NCBI RefSeq assembly: GCF_964204645.1
Contig: NC_134033.1
Coordinates: 14,082,655-14,146,654 of the forward strand
DNA length: 64,000 bases
Source: Tubulanus polymorphus
Lineage: Eukaryota > Animalia > Nemertea
Direction of reading: 5' to 3'
In this document: one piece after another, positions 40,041 through 53,000 of the stretch
Position numbering within the stretch: position 1 is the first letter of the stretch
Layout: the number at the start of each line of letters is the position of its first letter
Position numbers and translations under genes: made by a program
Notes under the pieces: generated by a model
What the model saw: the letters and a program-made list of their open reading frames with translations, nothing else
Database searches by the model: none
Told to the model about the DNA's origin: nothing

Positions 40041-41282
40041 CTATCTCGGGACCCGTGTAATAGATGATTCGTTTGCAGCCCCCGTAGAAAAACCGGGCGA
40101 CAATAGGCTGTTGATGAAACTGTGCGATGACCTGTCGCGCGCGGTTACAATAACAAATCACTATCGGGCGCTGGAGAACAGCTCGTTATTCGAGGCATTC
40201 GTTACGGATTACCGGTGCAGTGTTAGAAGACTTATCATCGCAAATTTACCAAAACAAATCCCCGAATGCCATCAACTATACACGCTATACGCGAATCGAC
40301 ACACAATTCATTGTGTTCTCGCTTCTACCGGGAATTGTTTTGCGTATATAATCTCGTAGTAATCAGCGCGTATACGGCGGGGGATGTAATTATAAATCGG
40401 CGGTGGTGGTGGTGGTGGGGGGGGAGGGGAAGCACGTAGGCGGTCCTGTGAGGTATGAAATACGTTGAGGATGAATGATGAAAGAGGTAGTGTTGAGGAG
40501 GGCAAAAACCGCCGTTTATTGACGAGATGTGTTGAATTTCGCTATCAATGCTGGATCGGGTTGCCGGAAGGTGGGGACTACGAATAGGGCGCCGATAAAA
40601 TGTCTGTCTGGTGTTTGTAGTTTTGAAATTGAAATTGAAATTTATTTTCATTACGATGTTACATTATTGAACGATATAATAAGTATGATTAGACGAAGAA
40701 AAATGTAACAGGATAATGGGGCTACGCGCAGAGACTGAAACAGTCTATCTAAGCCGTATCACCCAGAAGCATCCACACCACATTCATCACACTCACATCA
40801 TGCACACAAGTAATTAACAGGCGAAAAGAAAAGAAAAAATTTCACATATTACACATTAACATAGGTTTGTATAGAATGAAAATTTACAAAGTGTTGAATA
40901 ATGATTTAATGTAGGTACGCTTAAAGGCAGGTTCGCTTTGTCCTTAGTTCTCTTTCAATCAGAAATGTCTCGGGTGAAGTTCTGAAGGCGAATTGCGGAA
41001 GATCAGTTTTTGAAAGTGGGCTGATAGAATGTCTAATGTCTGATGTTTGTAGTAAATTTTCATTTAGAAATGTCTCGGCTGAAGCGCTGAACACATGTGA
41101 TGTTCATGGACAATCAAAAACTGTCTGTTAAACAGGACGCAACTGGCTGTGTCGGCACTTTCGATTTTTGCGGTACTTCGAACGTTCTGATCGCATTCAA
41201 CGCAAATCGCTTGAAAAAAAAAAAAACTATAACGCTACCCTCGTCACAGCGTGTTTATTTTCGCGATCGCGTGCATTATTGC

Positions 41283-41410
41283 GTTGCGTGGCAACGACGC
41301 CATAAATCAACGTTAATCGTACCGGGATTTACGACCGAGAACGAGGCTCGGCACCGTAACGATCATTGGACGTCTGCCGAACAATTATACCTGACAGTCT
41401 CCATGGCAAC
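41283..41410. promoter_or_regulatory. Two RFX X-box-like motifs
   Basis: GTTGCGTGGCAAC (41283-41295) and GTCTCCATGGCAAC (41397-41410) in a CpG-rich stretch. Confidence 0.45.
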
Positions 41411-42624
41411 GAAATCACCTGTTTCCATTGGTTTCCGAAGTCGATTCGTTTCGGTCAATATTCCTGATTTTTCGACCCGAGTTCGACGAAACAACTGCCG
41501 GAAGGCTTTTGTGGAGGACAAAAACTTCCAATATATCAATCACAGGCTCAAAAATAGCGAAACTTTTAAACTTCTTCAGGAGCTGCCAACTGTTCCTGAT
41601 TTTCGGGATTTTCTTTCATACTTCGTCCTTAGAAATACGGAGTTGTTTGAAATGTACAGACATATGAAAGATGATACTGAGGGTCTTACTGTTGATTACT
41701 GATTAATTTGAACAGAAATATGAAGGATGTTACTGAGGGTCTAACTGTTGATTACAGATTGATTTCAACAATTTCTTTCATCATCCAGTCTGAACCGGCA
41801 AGTGACTGATTGGGGTTTCATTTTTCGTGGCTCGCTAATTGAAAGTAAAGGCTCCTCAACGCTCTCTATTTCCTTAAAGTCTAAATCCGTCGTCGAGATT
41901 TGAATAACTTTTAAATCTCTTTACGTTAATCTTAAAACTTTTTAGAAGCGAATATTTCTAATTCTAATGGGAATGACCTTTTCTAATGTGGCTTTTCTAA
42001 TGTTTGTATGATGTAAAGCGTGGCGATTATTTTTATAGTTCCACGCTATGTAAACGAATAAATTGTTATTATCATTATCATTATTATAAAAATTATTATT
42101 AGTATCAAAACTTAATTCGGAGGTGGCTAAAATGAGTAAAAAAGTATATATACGTATATTGTCGGTTATTTGAAATGTGAAATCTTAGCTGTCAGTAGAG
42201 CTGTATATGCGGTGCCGTGTAAGAGGATATACGGTTACTGCCTGTACTCGGTGTATAGCGCTTTGAGAACTGTCGACAACCGACCGATGACTCACGGAGA
42301 AATTTCCTGGACTTTTTTTCAGTTGGCTTCGAGTAGTTTGTCGTCGTCGTCGTAGTTGTTGTGTACATTCGGTTATATCCATCATCGTATAACGACATCG
42401 ACGCCGTCGACGAGAGACCTGAAAATCTATTCGGCCATCAACCTGTAACTCGTCGCCAGACAAACACACACCTAATTGTAAACATCGTTTTCCAATTTCA
42501 AAAATTCTGTCTCCCGTCTTTGTTGCGCTGGTCGGAAGTAAATCTTCAAAAAGGAATTAATTTTTTTTTCAGTATCGTCGCCAACTGTATTTCCCCACAG
42601 AGCTAGGCCCGGAGGCAAATTATA

Positions 42625-43912
42625 CCCAACTGTGGAACTGGATCCAGGGTCATATTAAACCCACACAACAGTGGAACTTGATCCAGAGTCAAATAAAAAT
42701 ATACCCACACTACTGTGGGGTTGGGTTCAGATTCAAATTAAACCCAACACAACTTTTTGACTGGATCCAGGGTCATATCAAACCCACACAACTATGGAAC
42801 TGAATCCAGTGTCGAATTCAACCAGGACTGGGTCCAGAGTAACCTACATCGATAAGAATGAGGTCCGCGCTCAAGTAAATCATAACTCGCAGGTAGATGC
42901 ATAGACTTTTGTAAAACAACAGCTTCTCAAGTCTGAAACAGATTTCTGAACGGACGGTCGCGACTGGTGTGATATTTAATTCCCGCGAGGACGACTCGAA
43001 CGTTAACGCGCCCCGAACGTTAACGGGCGCGTTAACGTTAGTCAGTAATTATCGCCGTACTATCCGAACAATTAGTGCCTCAATACTCGAGTAATTGAAA
43101 TCGAATCGGTTTTTATCCGCGCATAGTGGGATCAGTTTTATGAACGAGTCGCTGATGGTGGCGGCTGATTATAGATAGACATCTCTCTCTCTCTCTTTCT
43201 GTCCGTCCCTCGTTAAATCCCGTTTTAATTAATACCGTCCGAGACTCGGCGCGATCCTGATTGACGTCATGTAGGATTAGTGACGTCACGGATATCCGTC
43301 GATGGCAGGCGGCGGCGACGGGAACGAGCGTCGAGTCGATTGACGATTGACTTATCGTCGCAGCGATGAACAATTAAGTTCTCTTCCGGAGCTATGTATT
43401 GCTCTCTGATATTATACGATCGTGTTAATATGCCCAGGGTCCTGATCGACTGTCGGCTGTACGACGTCTTTTTAATCCGCTTGCAACAGAATTGCGGGGT
43501 TTATTGCGTCTTGCTTCATTTCTGGACACTTCAGTTCCAACAAATTCCATAGGGTGCGTTTATATGTTATCTACGCACCGAATCGACCATATTCCACAGT
43601 TTGTGGGTATAATTTATCATCTGGACCCAATTCCACGTGGGTTTAACTTGTCTCTGGATCCAGTTCCACAGTTTAGTGACTTAAATTTGACCTTTGATCG
43701 AGGTTCACAGTTTTATGAGTTTATATCGACGCTGAGTCCGGTTCCACAGTTGTGTGGGTTCAATTTGACTATGTGTCTAGTACCACAGTTGTGTGGGTTT
43801 AGACTGCAGGCCCAGTTCCACGGTTGTGTGGGTTTAATTTGACTGCAGGCCCAGTTCCACAGTTGTACGGGTTTGATTTGACTATGAATCCAGTTCCACA
43901 GTTGTAACGGGT
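42625..43912. repeat. Two oppositely oriented ~39-bp minisatellite arrays bracketing a ~700-bp core
   Basis: Reverse units at 42625-42840 (aactgtggaactggatccag) and forward units at 43525-43912. Confidence 0.75.
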
Positions 43913-44816
43913 TTACAGCGGGCCCTCGACAGTTGCCTCCTCTTTTTCTCTGTCCCTATATACACCCGATCACTCATAGTGATTGATGCTCTGTTCGGCT
44001 TCATAGGGGCTACGTTTTACTATGAGGCTAATGGTTGAATATATCCGGCAAGGCTTATAATGATGTCATTTTCATGGTCCGCATAAAACCCTTGGATCAG
44101 CTGTTGTGTTATTGATTTATTTCCCAGTGAATCATTCACGCGCAGTTTCTCAGATGCTGCCGGAGCGTGTACGGCCGTATTAACCCTCCACTCGCCAAAA
44201 GCCGGTTCATGGGCCGGGGCCCGTTTCCCAGAAATGACTTAACATTCCATCCAAGTTTCATTAGTATTGCGCTCTCATTAACTTGCTCCGAGACGACCCC
44301 TAGCTTATGGGATTTTCCATCTTAGTGAACTATACGTGGTTTAAGGCAGCATTGAGTCGTACGGTATGTATTTGTTGAAAAAAAAAGGTCAAGGTCGTTC
44401 ATCCGTCAGATAGAGGTTCACAGTGAGCCTATTGGTTAGTTCTATAGTCACTCGCCCCTCAGCTGTGAGGAATGATGTTGTGGACCATGCCGCGACTGTC
44501 GGGGAAGGGTGGGGTTTACCAAAAACGAATGTGTCTGTTCTAGTCATTCCAATGGCAACTGTGTGGTGGGTTCGCCTTAAACTCATGCTGCACTGTACCA
44601 AACTTGCCGAGGTTCACAAAAATCGCAAAAATCCCCCGCAACAGCTGTGAGAGGAGTTCACTAAGAACCCAGTTTCTGGTCACTGTGACAATCATATGGT
44701 GAAACATATGGTGGCTTGGATCTTACATTTCCTATACTCGAATTCCTATAACCTTTTTAACCTTTATGAATGCCTCTCGTTTTAGTATTCGCGACGAAGA
44801 TTCTGAGCCATCACTC

Positions 44817-47800
44817 ATGGAGCCGGGTAACAACCAGACGAACACCGCCGACGAGGAATGTCGCGACACTATGGACCAGCGTCCATCCGGCAATACTAGC
44901 GATATGAACGCACAATACGGCGTTTATGAAACGCAATATTTCGGGTTTACGCCTAGATCTTTTTCCGACGAAAGTAAGTAGACCAAAATAGATTATTTTT
45001 GACAATTCTGAATATAAGTAAACCTTTTCTCGCCAAAAATCTGTATGTTTAAAGTGCCGGATTTAAGTACAATAATCAGTAATAGTCATGACTTAGATCT
45101 AAGACCAATCTCTAAATACCACGTTATTGAAGAGAGAATCCCACAATGATAACGAATAAGTCCGAAAATGTTACTTTGAGCTTAGTAGTTTATTCAACGT
45201 TTCAACTACATCCTAATAGCCATCTTCAGGAATAATCGTTTCAACACGGATATAGTGTTTTACCAATCGTAACCATGTTAGTTCTATAGCCAATCTAACA
45301 ACTTAAGACCAGGCTTAAGATTTAAAACAACTTTGGGATTTAAGTTATGGCTGTGTAACTGGTGCACAGGTTGTTGGTGGTTGGTAGAATGATTAATCAT
45401 GACTCGTTATTTTCAGTGTACAATGCGTTGTTTACGTTTTTGAACGGATATCTGGACACGTTCGTTAAAATGCTCGCCGATGAACCCGAGGTAAGGTGAC
45501 ATCGATAATAGACAACATAGTCGAAAAAGGCGCTAATTTGCTAATTTTCCATGAACATGTACGGCTCAACTCCTATGGTGATAATTTGTTGAATGAACTA
45601 ATACGTCGCCGTGTATGTGTTCGTGATATTCTTACTTTTTGTCATGATATTTTTCATTATTTCTCGTCGTTTTTTTTCTTGTATATTTCTTGAGGGTGAT
45701 TCGTAACGCGTGCGCCGGCTTTCTTCGTACCGTCGTCGTCGACTTCATAGATTTTATATTTACATTATTGTAAAAGCGCAAATTTACATCACATTTCATG
45801 AATATATAATGTAAAATAATGCAGTAAAATAAATAGTATTTGATATTATGTTGATAATAATGATAATAGTAATAGTAATATGACCTTTGTAGACCACTGA
45901 CCTTGAACATGTCGAACGGTCGTTAGTATACGATGAAGTCTGTCGCCTTAGGTGGGATTTTCTATTCAAAAAATGTAAAATGTCGAACATTTTGTAAAAT
46001 GTCGAACATTTCTTGACGATCAATGTTTTATCTGTTATCTAATCGTCTCAAATCGAAACGACTGGTATATAATGGAGTTATTTCCACGTTTTAACCATTG
46101 ATGAAACACCCCATGCGCGCAGTAACGATGCTATGACATCCTGCACTGAATAAAAAGCGGGTCCGAAATGTTTCCATGATCTAGTACTTGTAGTTCATTC
46201 AGCGTTTCGACTATATCCTGAATATTCAGTATTCCTTAAGATAACTTTTAGGATATGCAGTAGACTTCGCTCGGGTCGGATCTTTTTGGACCGTGAAATG
46301 CATCCGATTTGAGCGATATCCGAGTTGGACGGTATGTATTTCTGAAAAAGAGTTGGATATGTATTTTTTAGTGTCACAAAAAATATTTCAAGAAACATCC
46401 GAGTTGATCGGGTCCGACTTGGGCGGAGTCTCCGGCAGTTCAAATGAACCAATGAACTAGTTGAATGAACTACTAGTTCATGGAAACATTACGGAATCTA
46501 ATTTCATTGTTTACCGATGGATGATTTCATATTTCCCTCGTTTATTTCTTATTCGTCTATTTATTTGTTTTATTGAAGTGTCCGATGACAGAAAATGAAC
46601 TGAATACGGCTCAGAAGCATTTACTCGATAAAATCATCCCAGCTGTAGATCGAATATTTGATAAATTACATGTAAGTTACTATTTCTACGACAGTTATCG
46701 AAATTATTATTGACTTTAAGAGCTCATAAGAGCTTGTAGTTTAAGAGCTTAACTACTGTTCCCAAAAATATGAATATACTCTCAAAATCATAATGATTTC
46801 TAGGTCATTACCAAGAATAATGTACATGAACCCACCTATTCTTAATGTTGAATTTTTCCCATTTCATTATAAAACTACTGAAATTCGATGTATCAGGTAT
46901 AAGTCGATCTGGTCTATCTATAGCATGCAATTTGATCAAATGATTTTATTTGATTTGTCATCTTCTCTAAGACCTTCGTTTGAGAGTCAGATGACTCAAA
47001 TCCAATTTCTCTAATGCCCAGTACGTAAATAGCATTGCTAATATCTCTTGCTTGACGAGCCTGAATTGTAATCAGCAAAATCGGTAGTTATTTTAGTAGA
47101 TAAACATTAAAGTTCATTAATCTAAAACGTATTTTCTAATCGTTGCCATCTTATGGTGTGTTTTTGAACATCTTCTATTAGGTCTACGCCAGCGAGAACG
47201 TGTTCCGCATTCCGGACAACGTACTGTTACCCAGAGACGAGATACACGGCGTCGAACCAGACGACCCCGAAGCGGAAAGCGCCCTGATTCTCGGACAAAT
47301 CGAAGATTTACACAATAAACTAGATTGCGTAAGTAAAAGCGTACTATCAGCGAAATGGTCACAATTTTGTGAAAATGAGAAATATAAATGTATAAAGTTA
47401 GTTTTAATCTTGTTGTCTGTAGATGTTTTAAAGCTTATTTTCTCGTACTATTCGCGTTTGAATATAGGCGATGTACATGAAAGCCGTTATGAAGGACGAA
47501 CAGGCGGATATTTCACAAGTGATGCCGTTGTACAAGAAAATGGAAGGGTTTCTGAACACGCTCGACACGACCCTTCAAAATTACAAAAGTAAGACGCTTG
47601 TTAAGTCGAAGATATACACAATATCCGTGTATAAACTGAATACGAGAGAATCCCGCAATAATTCAGCCAAAGATGTAGAGAGTTCTTGAGACAAAATGTA
47701 ATATACTTGAGCAACGTTTCGGCTAAAGGCCTTAATCTCGCTTTACTCGAATCTAGTAAGCCTGGTGATAGCTTATAACCTACTGGATTATTGTAGGATT

Positions 47801-48199
47801 TCCACAACTTTGAAAATAGAGAATTTTATAAAACCTTATCTTGTATTTCATATATTATTCGAAATGCAAGTAGGTAGACCTGTTGCAGGAAATCTCTTTC
47901 AGAAATTACTCTTGTCTTTTCTATACGTTCAAACGGAGATGCATAAGAATGACTCTAGGATTGGAGGCGGGAAAGCGAGTAGAATTGCATATATGGAGAT
48001 GTACTATGTAAAATCGATTCCGATTCGCTCGTGTTCGGGGAATTTTCAAAAACCAGCCAATAGGAAACGAGAGCACATTTCTCTTGAAGCGACAGTTATT
48101 ATGTATTCTTCCTGTTTTTCAGTGTCGGACATTAAAGAAACAGTGGTGAATTTGGCGGACAATATCAGACAGCTTCACGAAATCCAGAAATTCCGTTAG
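44817..48199 (+). CDS. MIS12: Kinetochore protein MIS12 homolog (~222 aa), 6 coding exons
   Basis: Exons 44817-44973, 45417-45490, 46579-46671, 47182-47328, 47468-47588, 48123-48199 join in frame with GT-AG. Hallmarks YETQYFGFTP (human YEAQFFGFTP), FRIPDNVLLPRD (human LRIPSNILLPED) and SDIKETVVNLADNIRQL (human SDFRESLVSLVQNSRKL). AATAAA at 48649-48654. The start codon is uncertain. Confidence 0.92.
46258..46431. mobile_element. MITE related to the 64-bp satellite (in MIS12 intron)
   Basis: Left cagtagacttcgctcgggtcggatc and right gtccgacttgggcggagtct are inverted. Second copy at 48909-49055. Confidence 0.7.
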
Positions 48200-48273
48200 A
48201 TCTAACGCGCCGATATTGTACATAAACTCAATGAGGAGGGCTTCCCCGAACTCTCCGAACTCGCTTAACACGA

Positions 48274-48553
48274 TACAGTGGAACCTCGTTATAACGACTT
48301 CCGAAGAAACGTTATATCGTCTATTACAAACCAAATAGAACAATAGTTCGATCTTACTTCGCGCTGTAGTTAGATCTTACGCATTTTACAATCTGGAACC
48401 AGGTCCGAACTACCAACGACCGTGCTCAGTCGCGTGGTTCGAACTCTTAAGTTTCAACTAACTCACTTTCTGTTTGATTTGGCTCGCAAATAGTCGGCTA
48501 ACTACGATAACCGAAGTTTAAACTGAAGTTCGTTGTAACGACGTTCCAGTCTA
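48274..48553. mobile_element. Pogo-like MITE in the predicted MIS12 3' UTR
   Basis: tacagtggaacctcgttataacga ... tcgttgtaacgacgttccagtcta, between the stop (48199) and AATAAA (48649). Confidence 0.65.
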
Positions 48554-48908
48554 TATGGTGATATGGTGAACTCTGTACATTGTTTTTGTTCCCCATGCGC
48601 TTCTCTGAGCATGAAAGCTTTTACTTCAATACTGTATTATAATTCATTAATAAAACATGCGTAATTACCTGAAAATCCTCTGTTAGAAAACATAAGCTTA
48701 TAATAGGGCGGGTTGACATTCTATTTTAATTAGCGTGCGCAAAGGAAAACTTAACTTTTAACGACCGGAGTTACTCCACTTAATAGTTTCTTCACAACCG
48801 TTTATAGGATACCCGTTAACTTTCCGACATTCTTAGAGATATTTTCCAACCACTGACGAAAGGTGAAGTTTCTTGATACAGTAGACAATTGATGATATAA
48901 TAATATTA

Positions 48909-49055
48909 CAGTACTTCGCTCAAGTCGGATCGGACCGTCAAAATGTGTCCGACGTAAGCGATATCCGAGTCGACTGTTATATAGACTGTTATGTATTTCA
49001 TATGTAGTATCACCAAAAAGAACATCCGAGTGGATTCGATCCGACTTGGGCGGAG
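48909..49055. mobile_element. MITE related to the 64-bp satellite
   Basis: cttcgctcaagtcggatc ... gatccgacttgggcggag inverted ends. Confidence 0.7.
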
Positions 49056-50035
49056 CGGAATGTATATCAGCCGAACGCCTCCCCGTGGATACACGACACG
49101 TGAAGGGGCCAACGCCCTCTTCTCTCTAAAAACAAGGATAAACCTATCTTTCCCCTCTCATCAGGAGGCCATATATTCGCAGATCGCCTTTATAATAGCG
49201 ACTTATTTCTTGGAATTGACGTCAGCGTTTGACGTCAACAACAACAACGCTTTCGGAAGTGGTAATTGATTTCGTCTGATCGCAGACGAGTTTGTACGAT
49301 TTCAGCTCCTAAATAAAACCTCACATTTTCGTTCCTTTTCCTGATTTTAGTCTTTTTTCTTCATGTATATATTCGAATCGAATCGGCTCGTGCTACGCGA
49401 GTTTTATTTCAACGTATTTCAATATGTTCCGTAATCTAATAATATCATATCCAGCTATCATTGATTCGAAATTATCTCTACATCCAGTCTGTTAAGTAAT
49501 CGCTCTAAAAGCTTTTTCAGGTCAAAAAGCCTGTGAATGCCTCGATGTAAACGTATGCAAAAAAGAAACAGAAATTGAAAGGCTCTTTCGAAATATCTTA
49601 CATATTTACAATGGAATCTATTTTTTATTTTCGGAAGTGAATATCAAATAAAACCGTTATATTACATCTGCACCATTTCAAAGTATAAAAAATATCGAAA
49701 ATTGATTAAAACCCAAACGAAAAACCCTTACGAAGCCTACTACTGTACTAGACTATTTCCTATGAAACGTTACTAGAAGATCTACGTTATTTTGTCTAGA
49801 GTTTAAGATGGCCATTCGCTCGTGATGGCCGCACATCCATTGCTAGAGATAGAAAATATTGTGACTAGAAAAATCTTCCTTTCGTTAAAGATGGCGTACT
49901 GAACTCGCGCGATGAGATCCTGCTGGCAATGGTATATACACGGGTCCTATAAATAACTGGTTTCAAGTTTGTTTCAGCCGTTCACCGCACTAGAAACAAC
50001 TCAAAGCCTTCGACGGCTGAGCGCCATTTATTGTT

Positions 50036-53000
50036 TTATGGTTCACGATGACGCGGTGTTTTCACTATTTGAGGTTGCACTTGTTGTGCCGGACCTTGCT
50101 GGTTCACCGGAATCCCAGCAGGTGGAGTTTGTTGAGCTGACTCGTGGATAGCACGTCGTTCTGCTCCGCCTTGGACTGGCACACCATTCTGTTGGACTGG
50201 TACACCTTGTTGTTGGACTGGCATACCTTGATGCTGGGCTGGCACACCTTGTTGTTGGACTGGTACACCTTGCTGTTGGACTGGCACCCCTTGCTGCTGG
50301 AGTGGGACACCTTGTTGTTGGGCTGGCACACCTTGCTGTTGGACTGGCACACCATGCTGTTGGACTGGTACACCTTGCTGTTGGACTGGCACCCCTTGCT
50401 GCTGGAGTGGAACACCTTGTTGTTGGACTGGCACACCTTGCTGCTGAACTGACACACCTTGCTGCTGGAGTGGAACACCTTGCTGCTGGAGTGGAACACC
50501 TTGTTGTTGGACAGGTACACCTTGCTGTTGAACTGGTACACCTTGCTGCTGTAGTGGAACGCCTTGTTGTTGGACAGGTACACCTTGTTGCTGGGCTGGC
50601 ACAGCTTGTTGTTGGACTGGTACACCTTGCTGTTGGGCTGGTGGAGGTTGGGCTGCTTGTGGTTGGGGTGGCACACCTTTCTGTTGGACTGGTGGAGGTT
50701 GGGCTGCTTGTGGTTGGACTGCAGGTACAACTTTCTTAGGATCTGGCGCCAGGCGAATCGGATGATAGCGTATTTTGATTCTTGCGTGTGGGTGTTCTTT
50801 GCGGTAGTCACTCAGCAGTGCTGCTAAATTCACTCGTTTACAAATTTTCGGTTTCGGCGCCCGTTTTTCGCGACCGCGTTTCAAGGTCGAAAACTTCGCC
50901 GATCCGAGAATTTTTTTCGAATCGAAATTGAACATGTTTTTGAGCAGCACATTGAAGACCGACTGGTCGTAGCGATGGCAGTGTAAGTACCGGCCGGACG
51001 CGGGCGAACGAATCCGCTTCAGACCGTAGCATCGTCTACTAGCGCGAGTTGGGCTCATACAGCGCCGCTCTAACGCGCATAACACCGCCCACTGCATGAC
51101 TCTCTCAGCCACCGGACGAGTGTGGTAGATTATCATCGGAGCCGATTGTAGCTGCCCGCTGACTCGCATGCGCGTCATATCGCTGGGTAAATACATGAAC
51201 ACGCTCGGATTAGTGACGCTGAACGTCGAGTAAGTGTGACGCACGCCGTAAACTCGTATCCCTGTCTGTTTCGCCTCACGTATCGCCGCCGATAGGTCAC
51301 CGGTGATAAAACGCGTTGACGATTCCATCCACAAAATAGCGCCGTATTTGTTCAACGCCATCTGGAAAATAAAGTATCAACGTACGGTCATATAATTATA
51401 TTAGTACATAACATTCGGACCACATGTATTTACATAAGGAATAACGGACTTCAGTGGACTAAACGACATGTCCCCTGTTATAACGGATAGTTCGTTATAT
51501 CCTGTATGAAATTGTTGAAATTATCTAATTGGGAATGAAATTCTAGGTTCGTAATAACCGATAAATCGTTATGTCCGAGGCCGTTATAACGAGATTCCAC
51601 CCTATTCACTCTCCGATCGTTGTCTTCCAATCCTAATAGTAGTTTAGACGACTGTTCGACATCGTCTGCGGGGGACGACTGTGAGATTTCTTACCATACA
51701 CAATTAAGATTCAATGCTGAAACGTATTGAGGAGTAATAATCAAGGGCTGTTTTGACTGGTGCCTGCAATGCACGGGGTGCGTCAAACCATGGACTTCGG
51801 CTAAAAAATTGATAGTTCGTTTCTCCTTGCTGCTTAGTTTAAACAGTCGACCAGACCGGCGGCCTTTCTATCCTGTACATTACTTTTTTTCAAACCATGA
51901 TCATTTTACCATAACACACCCTGCAGCTATAGAAATGGACTGAGTTGAAATATTATTGCATTTAAAAAAATGACCCGGGCGATTAGGAGGAACTTGAACG
52001 GAAATTCAACGATCTCGACATTACACAACGAACTCAACTGCGAAACAACAAAAACAAACATCTTATTGAAATTAGAAAATAACGAAGAATCGATCTGAAC
52101 TGGACAGGGACCAGTTGTTCAAATGCTGTTTAAACCTAACCAGATTTTCGTACATTTACAAGTTATAAATTTTACCACTCCGCTTTAGCCAACTTAATAG
52201 AGCAACCATTTTCTGGAGTTCATTGGTTTTTGAATGAGCATGAGCATATTATCTAGTTTATAAGGCCAGCTACAAAAAAATTGATCAATTTTTTTGTAGC
52301 TGGCCTTATAAACTAGATAATCTAGTTTATAACGTCGATAGTAAAACAAGGAAGTGACATCAGCTGTCTATGAAACTGTTATGGCGATGTCTTGGTGACA
52401 ACGTGCATGGTTTTACGCCCAGCACCTGTTGCACATATAACAGCCTTAATTGCCTCATTAAACTTATCGGACATCTGTTCAATATCTACTTTAAAGCTAT
52501 CATATTCGTGTACAGGTCTATTCAATACGGTTGACAACTTCACGACAGGTCAAATTATTTTACATATAAGTCATAAGCCACGTTCGCATTGCCACTAGTT
52601 AGTCCGTTCTTAATCCATGTATATTTGGAACGGACGATCGGACCAAACCAGAGCTGCGCGTTCACGCACACGCACACGCACACACATAGTCTTAATAACC
52701 CGTTATGACTGACCTGCATTACGAGTGGTTTCCAGTGAAAACGAAGCAGAAGTCTGACGTATGGGGGAAACAACTTGAACGGAAATTCAACGATCTCGAC
52801 ATTACACAACGAACTCAACTGCGAAACAACAAAAACAAACATCTTATTTAAATTAGAAAATAACGAAGAATCGATCTGATCTGGACAGGGACCAGTTGTT
52901 CAAATGCTGCTTAAACCTAACCAGATTTTCGTACATTTACAAGTTATAAATTTTACCACTCCGCTTTAGCCAACTTTATAGAGCAACCAGTTTCTGTTGT

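Noticed and set aside
40620-40950. Possible 3' end of a LINE on minus (also 11690-11940)
   Set aside because: Only a short-repeat tail and a vague FKR-type ending are visible, with no RT motif to support a call.
41097-41702. 201-aa plus ORF
   Set aside because: GTG start at the edge of a dispersed repeat, spans a poly-A run and promoter-like motifs, and has no recognisable domain.
50104-50827. Overlapping ORFs (SNNKV, LLLDWHT and HLAVGL repeats)
   Set aside because: Alternative-frame and antisense shadows of the 21-nt coding repeat.
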